Origin: Chloroflexota bacterium
GTDB taxonomy: Bacteria; Chloroflexota; UBA11872; VXOZ01
DNA: 64,000 nucleotides
NCBI GenBank assembly: GCA_964291655.2
Contig: OZ219802.1
Coordinates: 1,568,001-1,632,000 of the forward strand
Direction of reading: 5' to 3'
Shown here one piece after another: positions 19,535 to 28,418 of this stretch. The notes under the pieces are model-generated. The model ran no database searches. It saw only the letters and a program-made list of their open reading frames with translations, and had not been told where the DNA came from. Position 1 is the first letter of the stretch. Each line of letters begins with the position of its first letter. The translations under genes were made by a program, and so were the position numbers.

Positions 19535-21199
19535 GTGCCAACCCCTACCGACACCTTCACCCCTCAGCCAATCACTGAGATCGCCAGCCGACTCGGCTTG
19601 CAGAACGATGAATTCAACAGCTACGGGCCGCTTATGGGCAAGGTGCGCACCCAGGTGTTGGAGCGCCTCGCGGACAAACCCGACGGCAAGCTCATTCTCG
19701 TCACGGCAATCTCCCCCACGTCCGCCGGAGAAGGCAAGACCACTGTCACGGTCGGTCTCGCGCAAACGCTCTACAGCCTGGGTAAGAACGCCCTCTCGTG
19801 CACGCGTGAACCCTCGCTCGGTCCGGTATTCGGCATAAAGGGCGGCGCAACCGGCGGAGGCAAGGCGACGTTGGAACCGTCGCTCGAGATAAACTTGCAC
19901 TTCACCGGAGATTTTCACGCCATCACCGCCGCGCACAACCTGCTCGCCGCCATGCTCGATAACCACCTGCATCAAGGGAATAAGCTCGGCATCGATCCCC
20001 GGCGCGTGACCTGGCGGCGGACGATCGACATGAACGACCGTGCCTTGCGCAACATGGTCATCGGCCTGGGCGGCAGGACGGAAGGCGTGCCGCGCGAGAG
20101 CGGCTTCGACATCACACCCGCTTCGGAGATCATGGCGATCCTCTGTCTATCCAGCGATCTCGCCGATCTTAAGGAGCGTTTAGGCCGGATCGTCGTGGGC
20201 GAGACGTTCGACCGCAAGCCGGTTACGGCGGCTGACCTCAATGCACATTCCGCCATGACGATCTTGATGCGCGAGGCCGTGCATCCTAACCTCGTGCAAA
20301 ACATGGCTGGCGGGCCCGCGCTTGTTCACGGCGGACCCTTCGGCAATATCGCCCACGGCTGCAATTCCATTATTGCGACGCGGGTGGGCTTGAAGCTCGC
20401 CGACTACGTGGTCACAGAGGCCGGGTTTGGCACCGATCTCGGCGCGGAGAAGTTCTTCAACATCAAGTGTCGGCGCGCCGGTCTTGCGCCGTCGGCGGTT
20501 GTGCTCGTAGCCACGATTCGGGCGCTCAAGCTTCACGGCGGCGTGCAACCCGCCGATTTGGAAACGGAAAATACGGCCGCGCTCGCAGCCGGCCTCGCCA
20601 ACCTGCAGAAACATATCGAGAACATAAAGAAATTCGGCCTGGACGTTGTCGTCGCGCTGAACCGGTTTCCCTCGGACACCGCTAATGAGATGCGCACCGT
20701 GACGGAATTCTGTATGGCCGAGGGCGTGCCCGTCGCGGATACAGACGTCTTTGCGGGCGGCATTGACGGCGGCAGGGCCTTAGCGGAAGAAGTGCTCAAT
20801 CTGGTAGAGGGGGCAAAGCCGAATACCTTCAAGCTCCTGTATCCCGATGACATGCCGCTTAAAGACAAGATTGCGACCGTCGCCAGAGAGATTTACGGCG
20901 CCGCCAGAGTGAATTACGCCCCTCCAACGACAACGGTGCTGCGCCAGCTTGAGCGCCGCGGCTTCAAGCACCTGCCTATCTGCATGGCGAAGACGCAGTC
21001 GTCGTTCTCCGACAACCCGCGTTTAATGGGCCGGCCTGAGGGCTTTACGATTACGGTACGCGAGGTCAAGCTCGCCGCCGGGGCAGGCTTCGTTATTCCA
21101 CTGACGGGCGACATCCTCACACTGCCCGGTCTGCCGGCAGAACCGGCCGCAGATGGCATGACCATCGACGAAGCGGGAAACGTCAGCGGTCTCACCTAG
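19535..21199 (+). CDS. fhs: Formate--tetrahydrofolate ligase
   Basis: GEGKTT, REPSLGPVFGIKGGATGGG, HGGPFGNIAHG, CMAKTQ. Confidence 0.96.
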   Translation: MPTPTDTFTPQPITEIASRLGLQNDEFNSYGPLMGKVRTQVLERLADKPDGKLILVTAISPTSAGEGKTTVTVGLAQTLYSLGKNALSCTREPSLGPVFGIKGGATGGGKATLEPSLEINLHFTGDFHAITAAHNLLAAMLDNHLHQGNKLGIDPRRVTWRRTIDMNDRALRNMVIGLGGRTEGVPRESGFDITPASEIMAILCLSSDLADLKERLGRIVVGETFDRKPVTAADLNAHSAMTILMREAVHPNLVQNMAGGPALVHGGPFGNIAHGCNSIIATRVGLKLADYVVTEAGFGTDLGAEKFFNIKCRRAGLAPSAVVLVATIRALKLHGGVQPADLETENTAALAAGLANLQKHIENIKKFGLDVVVALNRFPSDTANEMRTVTEFCMAEGVPVADTDVFAGGIDGGRALAEEVLNLVEGAKPNTFKLLYPDDMPLKDKIATVAREIYGAARVNYAPPTTTVLRQLERRGFKHLPICMAKTQSSFSDNPRLMGRPEGFTITVREVKLAAGAGFVIPLTGDILTLPGLPAEPAADGMTIDEAGNVSGLT

Positions 21200-21450
21200 T
21201 CCAGGTTCTACATGTAGCAACCAATGTACCGAGCGTGGGGCAGCCACTACATAGTCTGGGCGGGAAGGCGAGAAGTACTCCCTCTCCCCGAGAGAACCAC
21301 ATTCAACCCTCGTCAACCGCTGTGTAGATATCCCTCTCCCGGTGAAAACCTCCGCTAGACCCAGACCTGCCGCCAAGATTACTCCTTCTGCCTCGGGAAA
21401 CCTTTAGAATAATTCAGCCGGAGGCGCAATGATTACACCCTCTCCCTGGG

Positions 21451-21686
21451 GAGACCTTTGCGCAACTCAAGCGGTAGCGAAATAGTTCCCTCTCCCTCGA
21501 CGGGAGAGGGCTAGGGTGAGGGTGAATCTCCTGAATTCTCTCCATAGCATACCGATATTTGCTCGGCTACATCTTGACACTGCACCAGCGCAAGGGGCCA
21601 CTGCAAAATAAAGATCCCCTCACCCCGACCCTCTCCCCGGGGAGAGGGAGGTTTTCTCGCCTACAGGTGAGTTACGCAAAGGTCTC
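21451..21686. mobile_element. Intact GAGACC-type MITE (236 bp) carrying an inverted pair of family-A palindromes and itself inserted in a family-A palindrome
   Basis: Ends GAGACCTTTGCGCAACTC / GAGTTACGCAAAGGTCTC; CTGGG duplicated on both flanks; empty site CCCTCTCCCTGGGGGAGAGG. Confidence 0.88.
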
Positions 21687-21853
21687 CTGGGGGAGAGGAT
21701 CTCTGCTAATTCTGTCCTTCGTACCTGTAAGACCCATGCGCAAATGCTTTAAATTGGCAAGATACTCCCGGGCCAAAGTTTGCGAAAAAAAGACTGTGCG
21801 CCTATCTGAAACTGACGAACTAAATCTAGTAACAGCAGGTAGCCGCATGGAGT

Positions 21854-22522
21854 CTAGAAGAGGCTGAGTTGATCGGAAGCGGGCTCGTCAGTCGCCGGTG
21901 AAGCGTCCTCGCTCTCCGTCTCCTGCCCGGCGAAGTGACCTTGCGCGTGCAGTTCGTTGAGGCGCTTGGCGACGTCAGGTAGCCTCTGAACGTCCTCAAA
22001 CAACTTGTGCTTGATGGCGGTGGCGCGCAGGCCGGCCGCGGGGTGGTAGAACGGCACGTAGGCACGGCCGTCGGCATATTTCGGCTCGCCGTGTATGGCC
22101 GAAATCTTCGCGCCGGGAAAGAAACGCGCCATGGAATAGCGGCCGAGCGTGACGACAATGCGGGGGTTGATGGCGGCAATCTGGCGGTCGAGGTAGTCGT
22201 TACAAGCGGCGATTTCGTCCGGCTGGGGGTCGCGGTTGCCCGGCGGGCGGCACTTGACGACGTTGGTAATGAACACCTGCTCCCGCCGCAAGCCGACGGC
22301 GGCCAGCATCTCCTCCAGCAGCTTCCCCGCCTGGCCGACAAACGGCCGCCCCTGCCGGTCCTCTTGAAACCCCGGCCCCTCGCCGATAAACATGATGCCG
22401 CTCTTGATGGCGCCTTCGCCCGGCACCGCCTTGGTACGTCCTTCACACAGCCGACACGCCGTGCACCGCCGTACCTCCGCGCCGATGTCCTCCAAGACTT
22501 GCTCAGGGGTCTGCTCCACCAC
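21854..22522 (-). CDS. Uracil-DNA glycosylase, family 4 (Fe-S)
   Basis: CTACRLC, GEGPG, GRPFVG, VKCRPPGNR, YHPAA. Confidence 0.93.
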   Translation of the reverse strand: MVEQTPEQVLEDIGAEVRRCTACRLCEGRTKAVPGEGAIKSGIMFIGEGPGFQEDRQGRPFVGQAGKLLEEMLAAVGLRREQVFITNVVKCRPPGNRDPQPDEIAACNDYLDRQIAAINPRIVVTLGRYSMARFFPGAKISAIHGEPKYADGRAYVPFYHPAAGLRATAIKHKLFEDVQRLPDVAKRLNELHAQGHFAGQETESEDASPATDEPASDQLSLF

Positions 22523-22627
22523 CAGAAAACTCCGTCGCCACCACGCGTGAACATGAGGATGATCCTGCATCTACAGTACAGAATCTAGCCGACACTGAGC
22601 AAGATTTGGGAATGCTAGGACCTACTA

Positions 22628-22770
22628 GCCGTTCGCGCTGAGCTTGCCTGTCCTGAGCACTTCGACAAGCTCAGTACAGGCTCTGTCGAAGGATCGAAGC
22701 ATGAACGGCGGGATATTCTACTAGCTAAGAAGCTCTGGCCCACCCTTCGACAGGCTCAGGGCGAACGGGA
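22628..22770. repeat. Family-D palindrome pair with nested copies
   Basis: CCGTTCGCGCTGAGC...TCGAAGC and CCCTTCGACAGGCTCAGGGCGAACGG. Confidence 0.85.
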
Positions 22771-23114
22771 TTGGGGCAACACTTGCTCGCGTCTGCAGCC
22801 AGACAACCTCGGCCTATTCCAAGGTTCCCTCACTATGCAGCACTTTGGCACGAAGCGCCGGAGCCGTCTCCAGGCTGACAAGAGCGACTCTACGCAACAG
22901 GTGGACACCAAGCTCACGGAAGCCGCTTAGGCGCGAAGCCTTGCCGCTCTGTGTCAAGGCGGTCCGCCTGACACTTTTTGGCGGTACGTATGCTGCGTTG
23001 GCGTCATGCCATGGGACTTTAAGGGACATTTAGAACAAGAAGTTGAAGTATCAACCTTTGTGCTATACTTACAGTGTTAGCAGAGATTTCGACAGAGATA
23101 AGCGAGCGTGGCTC

Positions 23115-23357
23115 ATGGTTACGACTGAGGAACGGCTGGCGCCCATTGAGGGTGGCTATGAACACATGGCCACGAAGGCTGACATTGCCGCGACGAAGGC
23201 CGACATTGCCGATACCAAAGCCGACATTGCGGTGCTCGATGAGAAAGTTGACGCCATACGGGGCGAATTGCGCTTGCACAGATGGGCGCTTGGGATCGTC
23301 ATCCTGGCCCAACTTGCAATCATCGGCCGCGTGTTCGAGATCATACCCTCTGGCTAG
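23115..23357 (+). CDS. Small membrane-anchored coiled-coil protein with ATKADI repeats (DUF1640/CCDC90-like)
   Basis: Three 7-aa (A/D)TKADIA repeats, C-terminal hydrophobic helix; TGCTATACT promoter ~50 bp upstream. Confidence 0.75.
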   Translation: MVTTEERLAPIEGGYEHMATKADIAATKADIADTKADIAVLDEKVDAIRGELRLHRWALGIVILAQLAIIGRVFEIIPSG

Positions 23358-23511
23358 GCTGCAAATCCAGCTTTCGTTCCGGACTGCAATCCGGCCCTGT
23401 ACTCACCACATCCTCGTCCCCGACAAACGCTTGAATCCAAAGGCGCTCGTGCCTCACAAAGCTGCACGAGCGCCTCTCTACGTACCTCTTTAAGGTTTCG
23501 ACGCGTTTTGC

Positions 23512-24438
23512 TTACGCCGTAGCCAACACCGATAGATTCGGGTCCAGCTCGTAGGTGCCCAGCAGTTCGCGGAGGGTGTGGGCAAAGTCGTCGGGGACGG
23601 GGACCAAGGGTAGGCGGTGGCCGCCGGCGTTGAAGCCGGAGAGGTTGAGGCAGGCCTTGATAGCGGCCGGACTGGCGACCGGTGAAATGGGCGGGAAGAT
23701 CGACGTGAAGAGCGGCATCAGGTGCTGGTGCAGCCCACCGGCTGCCGGAATGTCGGACGCCAATGTGGCGTTGATCATCTTCTTGATTTGCAAACCGATC
23801 ACGTGGCTGGCCACGCTGATGATGCCGTAGCCGCCCATGCACATGATGTGGTACGTATCGGAGTCGTTGCCGCTCCAGACGCGGAAGTCGTCGGGCGTCA
23901 GGCGCAGCACGTCGGAAATCTGGCCCAGGTCGCCGGAGGCTTCTTTCACGCCGACGATGTTGTCCACCTCGGCCAGGCGCGCCGTGGTCGCGGCATCCAT
24001 GTTGCGCACCGTACGCGTGGGCACGTTGTAGACGATGCACGGCAGCGACGTGCTGTCCGCAATCGTTTTGAAATGCTGGTAGAGGCCCTCTTGCGGGGGG
24101 TTATTGTAGTACGGCACCACGAGCAGCAGGCCGTCCACGCCCAGCGCTTCGGCCTCCTGCGAGAATGCCACGCTTTCGCCGGTATTGTAGTTGCCGGTAC
24201 CCGCGATCACGGGCGCGTGTCCGTCCGCCGCAGCCATGACGGTGCGGTAGCACTCCAACTTCTCCTCATGGGAGAGCGTGGGTGTTTCGCCGGTGGTGCC
24301 GGTGACAAGCAGCGCGTCCGAACCGCCTTCGATGAGCTGCCCGGCAAGACGGCCGAGTTGGTCGTAGTTCACCGATCCATCGTCGGCAAAGGGCGTGACC
24401 ATCGCCGTAATGAGTCTCCCAAGCTCTTTGCCTGCCAT
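23512..24438 (-). CDS. dapA: 4-hydroxy-tetrahydrodipicolinate synthase
   Basis: TAMVTPF, GTTGE, PYYN, YNVPTRT, VKEAS. Confidence 0.93.
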   Translation of the reverse strand: MAGKELGRLITAMVTPFADDGSVNYDQLGRLAGQLIEGGSDALLVTGTTGETPTLSHEEKLECYRTVMAAADGHAPVIAGTGNYNTGESVAFSQEAEALGVDGLLLVVPYYNNPPQEGLYQHFKTIADSTSLPCIVYNVPTRTVRNMDAATTARLAEVDNIVGVKEASGDLGQISDVLRLTPDDFRVWSGNDSDTYHIMCMGGYGIISVASHVIGLQIKKMINATLASDIPAAGGLHQHLMPLFTSIFPPISPVASPAAIKACLNLSGFNAGGHRLPLVPVPDDFAHTLRELLGTYELDPNLSVLATA

Positions 24439-25006
24439 GTGTGCGCTCCTTCTCAAGGCTGATAGTCTTTTGGATCAGTGTACCTTACGCTAAGGGCATT
24501 GTCACACGATTCTGCTGTCAATAGAAGCCTCAACGCTTGCGGTATTCTTCGCGCGCAGAGCATTGCGCACAGTGCCTCTGCTCCCTCTACACTCTCCCAC
24601 TGCAAGCCTCTGCCAATCTGTGCTGGACCGGTTGTGATTGGGCGGGTCAAACGGGCTTCCTCTCGCTCCGGCCCTTATCCTGGAGAGAAAGGGAGCGGTT
24701 CAAGCGCCAACCCTGGTTGCGCATCAGATGGGAAGTCCGCGCATGCCCCCTCACCTCGCTGCGTAAGTGTCCACCGGGAGCAAGCCGAGTTGACCACGTA
24801 CTTGAATCGGGGGTGGGAGAATCCCCGCAGTTCAGGCTTTTCTCGCCGCCTTCGCATGGCTGCACATTGGGCATCTGAAAACGAGGCGTTATCGTCACAG
24901 CTTCAATACCGCAGCCATGATCGAGCTACGCCATGGTATCCAGCGGGGACAGTACAACCCGCACCTCATTCTTCAAACCTGGCCATGCTCGTCCGAGGAT
25001 TGCCCT

Positions 25007-26137
25007 CTAGGCACCAACACCGGCTTGTGCTGCCGCCAACGCCGTGCGGCAGGCTGCCACGTCCGTGTCCGCGTTATAGAAGTGCGGGGAAATGCGAACG
25101 CGCCCTTCTTTAGCCCACACGTGGACTCCGGCGGCGTGCAAGGCATCGCCAATCTGCTGGTAGTGCGGAGATTCGAACGAGACAATCCCGGCCCGCTGCG
25201 CTGGGTCTCGCGGTGTCAGCGGCGCAATCCCTAACCCAGCCAAGACATCGTGCACCTGACCCGAGAGATCGAGTACACGTTCAGTGATGTACGGCATCCC
25301 CACTTGGTCCAAGAAGCCCAGCGCCGCGTACAGCGTGTAGACCGCCGTATAATCGAGCAAGCCGGTCTCGAAACGCCGTGCGTCGTCGTGGAAGGTGTAG
25401 TCGAGGGTGTTGATAACGGAGGGAGGGTTCACCATCCCGCGCCAACCGGCATAGAAAGGCTGGAGCATATCGAGGCGGTCTTGGCGGCAGTAGAGAAATG
25501 CCAGCCCGTGCGTCGCGAGCAGCCACTTGCGCGTGCAGGCAGCGATGAAGTCAATGGCGCCGACTTCCACCGGCACCGCGCCCACCGATTGGGAAGCATC
25601 CACCAGGAGCAGCGCGCCGTGGGCGTGGGCGCAGTCCGCGACGGCGTCGAGATCAGCGCGGTAGCCGGATCGATAACTAACGTGGCTGATGACCACGAGC
25701 CGCGTGCGGTCATCCACATGCGCGGCGATGGCTGCGGGGGCTACCGCACCATGGGAATGCCGCACCAGGCGCACCTCAACGCCAAAGCGCCGGCCGAGGT
25801 GCAAGCAGGCGATGATCGAGCTGGGAAACTCCAGGTCGGTGACCACCAGGTTGTCGCCCGCCTCCCAAGGCAGGCCGAACAGAATGGCGTTCACGCACTC
25901 GGTGGTGCTGGACAGCAGCGCAATCTCTCCCGCACTGCACCCAATGAAAGCCGCGACGCGCCGACGGCAGTCGGCTTCGACCTCCTGCATTTCCGTGGGC
26001 GTGATCGCGCCCTGCAGTTTTTCATCGGCGTACTGGTGCAAGGCACCAGCCACCGTGCGCCCCATACACGACCCCGCCGCCGTGTTGAGATACGTGCGAC
26101 CACGCAGCCCCGGAAATTCGTCACGCCAGTCAGTCAT
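25007..26137 (-). CDS. Class V PLP aminotransferase (cysteine desulfurase/lyase-like)
   Basis: YLNTAA, DLEFPS, VDASQSVG, KWLL, RISPHFYN. Confidence 0.88.
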   Translation of the reverse strand: MTDWRDEFPGLRGRTYLNTAAGSCMGRTVAGALHQYADEKLQGAITPTEMQEVEADCRRRVAAFIGCSAGEIALLSSTTECVNAILFGLPWEAGDNLVVTDLEFPSSIIACLHLGRRFGVEVRLVRHSHGAVAPAAIAAHVDDRTRLVVISHVSYRSGYRADLDAVADCAHAHGALLLVDASQSVGAVPVEVGAIDFIAACTRKWLLATHGLAFLYCRQDRLDMLQPFYAGWRGMVNPPSVINTLDYTFHDDARRFETGLLDYTAVYTLYAALGFLDQVGMPYITERVLDLSGQVHDVLAGLGIAPLTPRDPAQRAGIVSFESPHYQQIGDALHAAGVHVWAKEGRVRISPHFYNADTDVAACRTALAAAQAGVGA

Positions 26138-26197
26138 TGTTCGTTAACCTACGCTTGGCCGGATGTGAGCGAGAGAAGAGTTGCGAGCATCGAGCAC

Positions 26198-26749
26198 TTA
26201 GGTTGCAAGGTTGTACACCGCAATGATCTCATCTATCCCAACTGCGGCTTCCCTAGCTACGTCCACAGGAATGTGCGGCTTTAGCTCATTGACTCTTCGT
26301 GCTACCTGCCCAAGGGTTCTTGAGTTGTCTTCCTTCTTCACGTAAAAGGCAGTTCCGAGTTGCTCCAGATCTGTCACCGACCTAGGCCCAAGGTGCTCTG
26401 CAACGAACTCTATCTCATTACGATGCACTTTGACGACAGAAGAGAGTCGCTCTTGGAGCCTCTTCCCAAATTTGGTGGTCACCAGGCTGGGCCCGTATGG
26501 GATAGGGTGAATAAGCAATTCGAGCTGATAGTCCGCCCGCATTGCTGTTAGTTCGTCTCGCAAGTCAAACGAAAAGGGCCCATGCTTGTATAGGATGAAG
26601 TCAAAACCAAGTGGCACACGAGTGAGTTCTTGAAGAAGATAGATGGACTTCTGCAAGTGAGTCTCGCCACACCAGCTTCCGGCCGCTTTCAACTCGTCTG
26701 CAAGCGACAGAACTATTGCATTTCTTCCGAGTCTACTCAATTGACCCAC
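26198..26749 (-). CDS. Uncharacterised protein, YwgA / DarG C-terminal / Panacea-like fold predicted
   Basis: LQKSIYLLQ...YKHGPFSFDL...LEQLGT pattern; overlaps the upstream HD gene by 17 bp. Confidence 0.7.
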   Translation of the reverse strand: MGQLSRLGRNAIVLSLADELKAAGSWCGETHLQKSIYLLQELTRVPLGFDFILYKHGPFSFDLRDELTAMRADYQLELLIHPIPYGPSLVTTKFGKRLQERLSSVVKVHRNEIEFVAEHLGPRSVTDLEQLGTAFYVKKEDNSRTLGQVARRVNELKPHIPVDVAREAAVGIDEIIAVYNLAT

Positions 26750-28076
26750 TGTCCTCCTCCTTTACTTTTCCTATGATATCCTCCCTATTCTCATTGAGCC
26801 ACTTGGCAGCTCCTTCCCGGTAGCTCGGCTCGACAAAGACATAGTCAATCGCGGTCTCTGGAAGATTCCCCAGAACCTGTGACTGTGTGAGAGATGAAAC
26901 AATTCTGCCGTCCCTGCTCAAGACAGGAAAATCGGGGGCCCCGCCACCCTTCTTATCTTGGTCAAGGCGGACATTATCGGTGCCGAATTTCTTGGATGCG
27001 GCTTCATGGATTGCTGATGCAGCATCTGGATTCTTCTTAATGTCGTCAGGATTTCGTCGGTAGAGAACCCTAAAGTGCTGACGGCGGACAATGCGGTCGG
27101 CTAGCAGGCTCAGGTTGCTGCTATTTGAGGAATTCTGGCGAATTGCGTATATCACTTCTGCGTCAGTCATGTTGATCATGTCCTCTAGTCCTATAGAGAA
27201 CTGTCCACTAGGTAGCCATGAATTCAAGAATTCTCTCAGGTGTATGTCGTAAACTCGCCGAACCGGATGGTAGTAGACCTGCGAGAACATCGCGTATCTC
27301 GCGAGAAGCAAGGCTTCTACCGAGTGAAGACCTCCCTCCTCGACACCCATGGTTGGCTCACTAGATTGGCTGCCAGACGTTGTGGGTGCTGGTGGAAGAA
27401 TACGAAGCGTGTCTATTAGCCTATAGTGGTCGAACCTGCCATAGGCTACACCAGTATGGTGCGAGTCACGCAAGAGATAGTCCATCCTGTCAGCTCCAAA
27501 GGCATCCCCGACTATGATCTCTGCCAATATGGCCTGCCAATCCGTAAATTTAGTTTCGATGATATTGGCACCTTCCTTGGCGCCTACAGCCAGTTTGGCA
27601 ATGTCATTCGGCCGTAACGGTGGCGTTAGAGCCTGCCAGACTTCGCACATTTCCATACTGAGAATGAACTCTACAGTAAGGCGTTCATGATTCCAGCCAG
27701 TTGGAAGCAACTCTTCACCTGCATGCGAGAACGGCAAGTGTCCGAGGTCATGGCACAATGCGGCTGCACGTACAACCTTGCGCCAGTACCGGAGTTCATC
27801 AGAATGTCTTAGTTCCGGCAATACTCTCCTGACCGCATCGTTCACGTTCTCCGGCTCTGTAACCACTCTGAATATCCTATCCGCCAGTTCCATCACACCT
27901 AGCGAATGTTCAAATCGCTTGTGGGTTGCACCCGGGTACACGAGGTGTGTTAATGCCAACTGGTTGACATGACGGAGCCGTTGGAAGGGGCGTGAGTCAA
28001 TGATCTTGCGTTCGTGAGAATCGAACTGAATGAACGTGTGAATAGCGTCTCGGATTTCGTGTGTATTCTTTATCAT
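26733..28076 (-). CDS. HD-domain phosphohydrolase, SAMHD1/YwfO-like dNTP triphosphohydrolase family
   Basis: IRDAIH, FQRLR..QL..VYPGATH.RFEHSLG, HDLGH.PFSH, DRMDYLLRD, VYYH. Confidence 0.92.
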   Translation of the reverse strand: MIKNTHEIRDAIHTFIQFDSHERKIIDSRPFQRLRHVNQLALTHLVYPGATHKRFEHSLGVMELADRIFRVVTEPENVNDAVRRVLPELRHSDELRYWRKVVRAAALCHDLGHLPFSHAGEELLPTGWNHERLTVEFILSMEMCEVWQALTPPLRPNDIAKLAVGAKEGANIIETKFTDWQAILAEIIVGDAFGADRMDYLLRDSHHTGVAYGRFDHYRLIDTLRILPPAPTTSGSQSSEPTMGVEEGGLHSVEALLLARYAMFSQVYYHPVRRVYDIHLREFLNSWLPSGQFSIGLEDMINMTDAEVIYAIRQNSSNSSNLSLLADRIVRRQHFRVLYRRNPDDIKKNPDAASAIHEAASKKFGTDNVRLDQDKKGGGAPDFPVLSRDGRIVSSLTQSQVLGNLPETAIDYVFVEPSYREGAAKWLNENREDIIGKVKEEDSGSIE

Positions 28077-28418
28077 TAACTTATTCACTTACTGCTAAGT
28101 GTTAAGCGCCTGCCACAGATCTTATTGTAGCAAGGAACTATAATTCACATGGTTTGCTAAATCGCAACGTGCCGACGGGCATGTTTCGCAACTCTGTTAA
28201 CTTGGCCAATTATAGATGCCGAGGTCGACGAATTACCTAGTCTTGTGCCCGCTGTCTTTGGAGAACATTGTCCGGCGCCAAAATTGCTTGGTCACGTACC
28301 AAGTGTTAGTGTCCAGTGGTAATGAACCCTTCCACCGTGGTCCGGATTACTCTGTGGCCCACCATGCTCCAAGTTGACGTTTCTATTCCTAAAGAGTGAC
28401 TTCCCAGGAGCAATCGAT

